Positions 38,029-44,858 of a stretch of 64,000 bases of DNA are shown here, piece after piece. This DNA comes from Myxococcales bacterium (GTDB lineage Bacteria; Myxococcota_A; Polyangia; Haliangiales; Haliangiaceae): NCBI GenBank assembly GCA_016707895.1, contig JADJGV010000002.1, positions 591,695-655,694 on the forward strand, written 5' to 3'. A program made the position numbers and the translations under genes. The notes under the pieces are model-generated. The model made no database searches. It worked only from the letters and a program-made list of their open reading frames with translations, and had not been told where the DNA came from. Positions within the stretch are counted from its first letter, which is position 1. Each line of letters begins with the position of its first letter.

Positions 38029-39963
38029 GTGCCGCGGTTCGAGCAGCGCGCCACCGGCCGGTTCTGGGAGGTCGAGGTCGACGATCGCGTCGTCACGACG
38101 TGCGTCGGGGCCATCGGCGGTGACCCGCCCAAGCCCGCCACCGTCGAGCACGCCGACGCCGACGCGGCCTACTACGCCGCGACCTCCGCGATCCGCCAGC
38201 AGCGCCGGCGCGGCTTCGTCGACGCCGGCCCGGCCCAGGTCCTCGCCGGCGCCGAGCCGTGGACCGGCGCCGGCTCGACCATCCTGCTCGACGAGTTCTT
38301 CGACCGCGGCGACGACCGATTCGGTCTCGAGCTGCGACGCGCGACCGCCGCCGCCAAGCTCGGCGCGCTGGCCGAACGCTGGTATCGCGATCCCCGGCCG
38401 TGGGCCCGGGCCCAGCTCCTGGCCTACCTCGACGACGGCTGCGATCGCCCGCACCACAAGCAGCTGATCAAGAAGCTGTTCAAGCTGGCCGAGGCCGCCG
38501 ACGACGATCGCGCGATGGCCGGGTTCCTGGTCGCGTTCGATCGCCTGACCCGGAGGTCGTTGGTCGCGGTCACGCGCTACGACTGGCAGACCCGCGTCAC
38601 CACCACGACCCACGTGCTGCGCGACGATCCCAGCGTCATCGAGAGCCTGGTCCGCGCCGGCCGCCCCGCGATCGACAGCCCTGTGTTCTCGCGGTCGACG
38701 CGGCGCTACCTGGCGCGCCGGGCCGCGCGCTACTTCCGCTACCTCGGCTACCGCGATCCGGCCCGCTACCGCGCGGCGATGCTGGTGGCGCTGGCCCGCT
38801 ACACCGACGCCGCGCTCGGCACCACCACCCGGCTGCTCGACGCCTGGGGCCTGACCCACGCGCTCTACGGCGGCTCGCCGGTGCTGGTCCACCACCCGCG
38901 CGGCCTGCGCCTCGCGCCCGATCGCCGGCTCGACGAGCTGACCCCGGCGCCGCAGATCCCGGCGGCGTGGCAGGACGCGTTCGCCGATGTCTGGCGCCTG
39001 TTCGTCGACGCGCGCAGCCGCGCGGTCCGGGCGTGGGCGCTGGCCTGGCTGCGCGCCCACCACGCCGCCGAGCTGGCCGCGCTGCCGTTCGCCGAGGTCG
39101 CGACGCTCCTGCGCTCGCCCCACGCCGACGTCGCCGCGCTCGGCGTCGAGCGGCTGCCGCACACCCGCGGCCTCGAGACCGTGCCGCTGACGATCTGGCT
39201 CGAGCTGCTCGCGCTCGGCGATCTCGACGTGGTCGCCGCGGTGGTCGCGACGGTCGAGCGGGTCGTGACGCCAGCCCGGACCACGCTCGCACAGTGCCTC
39301 GACCTGGCCGGCGCGCCGATCGCCGCGGTCGCGGAGCTCGGCCTCGCTTGGGCCAAGACCAAGCCGATCACCACCGTCGACGATCTGCACCTGATCGCGC
39401 GCCTGGCCCGGGCCCGGGTCGCCGCCGTCCGCGCCGCTGGCGCCGCGTGGGCCCTCGAACTCGCCGGCGCCCACCCCGCGGTCGACTACACCTTCGTCCG
39501 CGACCTGTGCGACGCGCCGTTCGCCGAGGTCCGCGCGCCGGCGCTCGCGGTTGCCGCCGCCGACCCGCGGTTCGCCGCGGTGCCGGCGCTGTGGTTCGCG
39601 CTCACCGAGTCGCCGTACGACGACGTCCGCGCCGCGGTGCTGGCCCACGCCACCCGCTGGCACGCGACCGCCACGCCGGCCACGCTGCAGTGGGTGTGGT
39701 CGGCGGCGATCCTCGCGGTCCACCGCGGCAGCAAGACCAAGGCCGGCGTGCCGCGCGCGATCGCCGACCGCGTCGTCGCGCACCCCGACGAGGCCGAGCA
39801 GCTGCTGCCGATGCTCGCGCTCGCGCTGCACAGCGTCCGCGCCCCCGAGCGCGCGGCGGCGCTGGCGGCGCTGGCGCGCGCGCTCCACGGCGATCCGGCG
39901 CTGGCGGCCCGGGCCCGCGTCCACCTGCCGACGCTCACCGTCGGCGTCGAGGTGATCCGGTGA
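38029..39963 (+). CDS. WGR-domain protein with C-terminal helical (HEAT/ARM-like) repeats
   Basis: N-terminus MPRFEQRATGRFWEVEVDDRVVTTCVGAIGG…RRRGFVD is a WGR domain. The middle region is similar to MolR/DUF4132-type proteins. The C-terminal half is repetitive Ala/Leu helices. Confidence 0.7.
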   Translation: MPRFEQRATGRFWEVEVDDRVVTTCVGAIGGDPPKPATVEHADADAAYYAATSAIRQQRRRGFVDAGPAQVLAGAEPWTGAGSTILLDEFFDRGDDRFGLELRRATAAAKLGALAERWYRDPRPWARAQLLAYLDDGCDRPHHKQLIKKLFKLAEAADDDRAMAGFLVAFDRLTRRSLVAVTRYDWQTRVTTTTHVLRDDPSVIESLVRAGRPAIDSPVFSRSTRRYLARRAARYFRYLGYRDPARYRAAMLVALARYTDAALGTTTRLLDAWGLTHALYGGSPVLVHHPRGLRLAPDRRLDELTPAPQIPAAWQDAFADVWRLFVDARSRAVRAWALAWLRAHHAAELAALPFAEVATLLRSPHADVAALGVERLPHTRGLETVPLTIWLELLALGDLDVVAAVVATVERVVTPARTTLAQCLDLAGAPIAAVAELGLAWAKTKPITTVDDLHLIARLARARVAAVRAAGAAWALELAGAHPAVDYTFVRDLCDAPFAEVRAPALAVAAADPRFAAVPALWFALTESPYDDVRAAVLAHATRWHATATPATLQWVWSAAILAVHRGSKTKAGVPRAIADRVVAHPDEAEQLLPMLALALHSVRAPERAAALAALARALHGDPALAARARVHLPTLTVGVEVIR

Positions 39964-41654
39964 AGGTCGACCTCCGCTACCACGGCGGCTCGGGGCTGCG
40001 CGAGCTGGCCGGCGGCGCCGGCCTGCGGTTCGCGACCAACGTCGCGCGGCTGCCGGTCGCGTTCGACGGCGAGCTGGTCGAGCCGCTGCGCTTCCGCGAG
40101 GCGGTGAGCGCGCTGCACGAGATCGTCGTCGGCGATCTGCGGTTCCAGCCGCGCGACAAGCGCGCGTACCAGGCGTGGCTGGCGCGCCAGGCCGCCGACG
40201 AGGCCACGCTGCGCGCCGCCGCCACCGCGCGCGGCCAGGCCGACGCGCTGGCCCGGGGCCCCGGCGGCCCGCCGCCGCCCGGCCTCGAGGCCGACTTCCG
40301 CCGCCAGCACGACCTGTACTGGACCGCGCGCCGCGCCTGGGCCGTCGAGCTCAACCGCAACGACCCGGCGATGTTCCGCGCGCTGGTGCCGTGCGATCCG
40401 GTCGTGACCGTCGCCCCCGACGTCGTCACCTTCGAGTGCTTCAGCAAGGACGAGTCGGCCTACGGCTGCCTGTCGGTCGATCGCGACGGCTTCCGCCCGG
40501 CCGCCGAGGTCGCGCTCGGCACCACCAACGTCGACTACTCGCTGGCGCTCTACGAGCACTTCCAGACCATCCGCACCTACCGACCGACCCGGCTGCAGGT
40601 CGACCCGGGCGGCGTCAGCGCCGCGGTCGGCGCGGCGTCCGCGCTGCGCGAGGAGAAGATCGACCTGCCGCCGTCGTGGCTGCGCGGGTTCGGCCAGCTC
40701 CAGGCGGCGATGGCGCTGCCGGCGCGCCACGTCGAGCTGTCGCCCGACGTCGTCTACTCGCTGCTGGCGTACCTGCGCCGCCACCGTGAGCGCACCGGCC
40801 CGCGCGCGCTGCGGTTCGTGCTCGCGCCGGGTCAGCCGCCGCAGGTCGTGATCGAGCCGTGGGGCGTCACGCTCACCTCGCGCGGCGCGCCGTACGCCGG
40901 CGACCGCGCCGAGGAGATCAAAGTGTGGGGCCGGCGCCGCTTGCTGGCGTTCGCGCGCACGCTGCCGCTGGCCGAGCGCTACGACGTGCGCCTGCTCGGC
41001 ACTGGCCTGCCGAGCGTGTGGATCGCGCGCATGGGCGCGCTGCGCCTGACCCTGGCGCTGTCGGGCTGGACCGCCAACGACTGGGCGCGGGGCTCGAACC
41101 TCGACGGCCACTTCGCCCGCTACACCGCCCACGCCAGCGCCGTCGACGCCGTGGCCCGGATCCTGGCCGCGCGCCACGTCGCGCCGATGGCCGCGCTGAC
41201 CGCCGCCGTGCCCGAGCCGCGCGAGACCGTGCTGGCCGCGCTGTTCGAGCTGGCGCGCCGCGGCCAGGTCGCGTTCGACTACGCGATCGACGCCTACCGC
41301 TGGCGGCCGATCCTCGACGCCGCGATCACCGACGCCGCGCTCGGCCCCGAGCCCGAGGAGACGGTGGCCGGGCGCCGGCTCGCCGCCAGCGTCACGATCG
41401 AGCGCCGCGAGCCACTCGGCGACGGCCGCCGCGCGCTGGTGGCCAAGGTCGGCGGCACCTCGTGCGAGGCGGTGCTCGACGCCGACGATCGGCTCGGCCG
41501 CGCCCGCTGCACCTGCTCGTACTTCCATCGCTTCCGCCTGCGCGCGGGGCCGTGCCGCCACCTGCTGGCGCTGCGCCTCCACGCCACGGCGCCCGACGAT
41601 CGCGCGCTGCCGGCGGCGCGCGTCGTCGCGTCCAACCCCCGGCGGTCGACCTGA
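39960..41654 (+). CDS. SWIM zinc-finger protein
   Basis: GTG start overlaps the WGR stop (GTGA). C-terminal CTCSYFHRFRLRAGPCRHLLAL is a CxCxnCxH SWIM motif. 564 aa. Confidence 0.7.
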   Translation: MKVDLRYHGGSGLRELAGGAGLRFATNVARLPVAFDGELVEPLRFREAVSALHEIVVGDLRFQPRDKRAYQAWLARQAADEATLRAAATARGQADALARGPGGPPPPGLEADFRRQHDLYWTARRAWAVELNRNDPAMFRALVPCDPVVTVAPDVVTFECFSKDESAYGCLSVDRDGFRPAAEVALGTTNVDYSLALYEHFQTIRTYRPTRLQVDPGGVSAAVGAASALREEKIDLPPSWLRGFGQLQAAMALPARHVELSPDVVYSLLAYLRRHRERTGPRALRFVLAPGQPPQVVIEPWGVTLTSRGAPYAGDRAEEIKVWGRRRLLAFARTLPLAERYDVRLLGTGLPSVWIARMGALRLTLALSGWTANDWARGSNLDGHFARYTAHASAVDAVARILAARHVAPMAALTAAVPEPRETVLAALFELARRGQVAFDYAIDAYRWRPILDAAITDAALGPEPEETVAGRRLAASVTIERREPLGDGRRALVAKVGGTSCEAVLDADDRLGRARCTCSYFHRFRLRAGPCRHLLALRLHATAPDDRALPAARVVASNPRRST

Positions 41655-41670
41655 TGTATCGTCCCTCGCA

Positions 41671-41695
41671 CCTCCCGTCCTGCAAGGAGATCCGC
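41671..41695 (+). repeat. retron inverted repeat a1 (CCTCCCGTCCTGCAAGGAGATCCGC)
   Basis: Reverse complement of the 41891-41915 repeat with 2 mismatches in 25 nt. It lies 17 nt after the SWIM stop. Confidence 0.6.
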
Positions 41696-41890
41696 GCGCA
41701 CGAGCCCACTATGCTGCGGCGTTCCGCCGTGGCGGGACTTGCTCCACCATTGCTCACCCACGCCCGATTTTCTTTTGGGCCCTATGCGGTGCTAGCGCTC
41801 CTCACTGAGACGACCACGAGAGTCTTGGGAGCCGCTAGCACCGCCGGGCCCTCGGTGATCGGTCGCGGTCCTGCGCACGAAGTCGAGCGA

Positions 41891-41915
41891 GCGGATCTCC
41901 TTGGAGGGCGGGAGG
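41891..41915 (+). repeat. retron inverted repeat a2 (GCGGATCTCCTTGGAGGGCGGGAGG)
   Basis: See a1. Confidence 0.6.
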
Positions 41916-41927
41916 CACGACACTGAC

Positions 41928-43550
41928 ATGGGGTTCTGGGACAAGGTCAAACGGTTCTTCGGCGGCGGCGGCGCGCTGCAGCCGGACCCGTCGGCGCCCA
42001 CTGCGGCACCGCCGTCGACGCCCACGCCGTCGACCCCGGCGCCGGCCCCCGCGCACACCGCCCCTGCGCCGCCAGCCGCGCGCACCGCACCCGCGCCGAC
42101 CTCGACCGACGACAGCGCGCGCTTCCGCAACCCGGCCATCCTCGGCCTGTCCGCCGCCGAGCTGCGCAAGCGCGCGCTGCGCATCAACCCGTACCAGACG
42201 CCGTGGATCGGCCGGGTCGACACCATCCCGCCGCAGAGCGACGAGCGCACCGCGATCATCGACCGCGGCCTGATCCTGCGCGGCCTGCTCACCGCCGCGC
42301 AGATCGAAGAGATCCACCGCGTCGGCGACCTGTGGCTCGCCCACCACGACGCGATGCGCCTGGCCGCCGCCGCCGGCGCCGCGTCGGGCGAGGCCGCGGT
42401 CGCCGCCGAGCGCGCCCGCCGCGCCGAGGCCAAGCGCGCCAAGCAGGCCGCGGCCGCCGCCCGCGCCGCCGCCCGCGCCGCCGCCGTCGCCGCGCGCCGC
42501 GCCACCGACATCATCTTCGTCGGCCGCGGCGTGTCCGCCGGCCTCGCCGACCGCCGCAGCCACGTCGAGCAGCTCGCCGCCGCCGGCCTGCCGGTCCTGG
42601 CCGCGCCCGCCGATCTCGCCGCCGCGCTCGGCCTGACCGTGCCGCGCCTGCGATGGCTGTGCTTCCACGCCGACGCGCCCGCGAAGACCCACTACACGTA
42701 CTTCACGATCCCCAAGCGCTCGGGCGGCACCCGCAAGCTGGCCGCGCCGCACCGCCAGCTCGCCGCGGCCCAGCGCTGGATCTTCGATCAGATCCTCGCG
42801 AAGCTGCCGATCACCGACGCCGCCCACGGCTTCGTCCCCGGGCGCTCGACGGTGACCAACGCCCGGCCCCACGTCGGCCAGCGCATCGTCATCAACCTGG
42901 ACCTGGCCGACTTCTTCCCGTCGATCACGTTCCCGCGCGTCCGCGGCCTGTTCGCCTCGCTCGGCTACTCGCCGGCGATCGCGACGCTCCTGGCCATGCT
43001 CACCACCGAGGCGCCGCGGGTCGAGGTCGAGTTCGCCGGCCGCACCCACTACGTCGCCACCGGTCCGCGCGCGCTGCCCCAGGGCGCGTGCACCAGCCCG
43101 ACCTTGGCCAACCTGGTCGCGCGCAAGCTCGATCGTCGCCTCGGCGGCGCTACCCGCAAGCTCGGCTGGACCTACACCCGCTACGCCGACGACCTGACGT
43201 TCTCGGCGCCGGCCGCGGGCTCGGCCCAGGTCGCGCTGATCTTCGCCCGGGTCCGCGCCATCGTCACCGCCGAGGGCTTCGCGGTGAACGAGGCCAAGGG
43301 CCGGGTCCAGCGCGGCGGCCGCCACACCGTCACCGGCCTGGTCGTCAACGATCGGCTCGCCGTCCCGCGCGAGCAGGTGCGCCGGGTCCGCGCGATCCTC
43401 CACGGCGCCCGCACGACCGGGCTGGCCGCGCAGAACCGCGCCGGCCATCCCGACTTCCGCGCATGGCTGCAAGGCACGATCGCCTACATCCACATGGTCG
43501 ACCCCGCGCGCGGCGCCGCCTTCCAGGCCCAACTCGACGCGCTATCGTGA
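41928..43550 (+). CDS. retron-type reverse transcriptase with ~210-aa N-terminal extension
   Basis: RBS GGAGGG, then ATG 41928. RT blocks: YFTIPKRSGGTRKLAAP; NARPH (retron NAxxH); INLDLADFFPSI; LPQGACTSPTLANL; YTRYADDLTFS (YADD); and RGGRHTVTGLVVN (retron VTG). The N-terminus has a Pro/Ala/Thr low-complexity region, a helical domain and an Ala/Arg/Lys coiled-coil. Confidence 0.85.
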   Translation: MGFWDKVKRFFGGGGALQPDPSAPTAAPPSTPTPSTPAPAPAHTAPAPPAARTAPAPTSTDDSARFRNPAILGLSAAELRKRALRINPYQTPWIGRVDTIPPQSDERTAIIDRGLILRGLLTAAQIEEIHRVGDLWLAHHDAMRLAAAAGAASGEAAVAAERARRAEAKRAKQAAAAARAAARAAAVAARRATDIIFVGRGVSAGLADRRSHVEQLAAAGLPVLAAPADLAAALGLTVPRLRWLCFHADAPAKTHYTYFTIPKRSGGTRKLAAPHRQLAAAQRWIFDQILAKLPITDAAHGFVPGRSTVTNARPHVGQRIVINLDLADFFPSITFPRVRGLFASLGYSPAIATLLAMLTTEAPRVEVEFAGRTHYVATGPRALPQGACTSPTLANLVARKLDRRLGGATRKLGWTYTRYADDLTFSAPAAGSAQVALIFARVRAIVTAEGFAVNEAKGRVQRGGRHTVTGLVVNDRLAVPREQVRRVRAILHGARTTGLAAQNRAGHPDFRAWLQGTIAYIHMVDPARGAAFQAQLDALS

Positions 43551-43613
43551 TCGACGCCCCGGTCGACGCACCGCCCGACTGCGCCGCCAACGGGGCCCGC
43601 GCGCCACACGCTG

Positions 43614-43799
43614 ATGGTCGCGGCCGCCGACATCGCCGATCCCGCGGCGCGCACCTACGACATCACCGGCGAGGCCACCCACGGCCACACCGTGATGCTC
43701 ACCGCAGCCGACTTCGCGGAGCTGGCCGCCAACCGCCGGGTCACCGTGACCTCGAGCGCGGTCGGTCACAGCCACGCCGTCACGATCACCTGCGTCTGA
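43614..43799 (+). CDS. small hypothetical protein (61 aa), possible retron-associated ORF
   Basis: ATG start 64 nt after the RT stop. Strong third-position GC bias. His-rich (HGH, HSH) motifs. No TM segment. Confidence 0.4.
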   Translation: MVAAADIADPAARTYDITGEATHGHTVMLTAADFAELAANRRVTVTSSAVGHSHAVTITCV

Positions 43800-43974
43800 G
43801 CCGTCGCCGCGATCTCGACAAAATTCATCGGGATTTCAGACTTCTGCAAGATCGTGACGGCGGTCAAGGACGGGGGCGCGGCAGTTTGATCCGCTCCCTG
43901 CGGGGTGTTACAACTGCTCTATTCCACTCGAATTTGGCCGACCCGTCCCTCGGCCATCGTGGACCGGTTCGCCG

Positions 43975-44855
43975 GTGCGGAGCCCCATGCGTCAAACCCA
44001 GATCTCCCGCCGCGGTCTCGACCGCACCTCCGTGACTGTCCTCGCGCTGGCGCTCGCCGCTGGCTCCGTCGCAGCGCAGCCTGGTGCGACCCCGACCGGC
44101 ACGCCGACGACGCCCAAGCCTCCGACCACCGCGCTGCCCGCCACGACCGGCACCCCGGCGACCGGCACCCCGACGACCGACCGACGACGCCGACGACCGG
44201 CACGCCGACGACGCCGACCACCGGCACGCCGGCCACCGGCACGCCGACGACGGGCGCCCCGACGCCAGGCACCACGCCGACCGATCCCACCGATCCCAAC
44301 CAGACCGCCACCGCCGACACCGTCGACCCCGAGTCGATGCCGGTCAACCTGCGGCTGCGCCGTCTCGAGCAGCGCGTGCAGGCCCTCAAGGAGCGCGCCT
44401 GGCGCGCCAAGGCCCGCACCACGCAGCTCAAGGAGGCCGTCATCGGCGGCGGCGTCGGCGCCCAGGCCACGCTCGTCCACGAGAACAAGATGGGCAGCTC
44501 GTTCCGGCTGATCCGCCTGGTCTACGCCCTCGACGGCACCCAGGTGTTCGCCCGCTCCGAGGACACCAGCCCCAACCTGTACAAGACCAAGTCGTTCGAC
44601 ATCCTCACCGGCCCGATCTCGCCCGGCAGCCACTCGATCAGCGCGCTCGCGGTGTACCGCGGCCACGGCTACGGCGTGTTCAAGTACCTCAACAAGTACA
44701 CGTTCACCGTCCGCGCCAGCCACACCTTCACCGCCGCCGAGGGCAAGGCCACCCGCATCGAGGCGTCGGGCTTCGAGAAGGGCGGCCGCACCACGCCGCT
44801 CGAGAAGCGCCCCGCGATCGACTTCAAGGTGACCGCCGGGACCGGGGAGAAGTAA
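43975..44855 (+). pseudogene. Pro/Thr-repeat secreted protein with -1 frameshift in the (TPTTG)n repeat; first gene of Glt/Nfs-like operon
   Basis: Frame A (43975-) reads MRQTQISRRGLDRTSVTVLALALAAGSVAAQP + TPTGTPTT…, a signal peptide plus linker. Frame B (to 44855) continues PTTPTTGTP…NQTATADTV… into a globular C-domain. The switch is at ACCGACCGACG near 44175-44190. It is either a sequencing error in a slippery repeat or a genuine frameshift. Confidence 0.5.
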
Positions 44856-44858
44856 GCC

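Larger units (their letters stand above)
41671..41915 (+). ncRNA. retron msr-msd non-coding RNA (putative)
   Basis: Bounded by a1/a2. Internal long hairpin GCGGTGCTAGCGCTCC…GGAGCCGCTAGCACCGC at 41787-41844 is the msd-like stem. Smaller hairpins lie in the 5' msr part. GC drops to about 60%. It ends 13 nt before the RT start. Confidence 0.55.

Noticed and set aside
38259-41654. 1131-aa ORF overlapping the WGR gene in another frame
   Set aside because: Its N-terminal 560 aa are Arg/Pro/Gly-rich with no motifs. The in-frame real gene is the SWIM protein from 39960. The WGR protein is encoded in a different frame (38029..39963).
41835-43532. 565-aa minus-strand ORF antisense to the reverse transcriptase
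   Set aside because: Composition is Arg/Gly/Asp-rich junk. The plus-strand frame contains all seven RT motifs.
43860-43905. Possible sigma-54-type promoter (GGCGCGGCAGTTTGAT) upstream of the envelope operon
   Set aside because: The spacing between the GG and the putative -12 element is 11 nt rather than 10. It fails the consensus on inspection.
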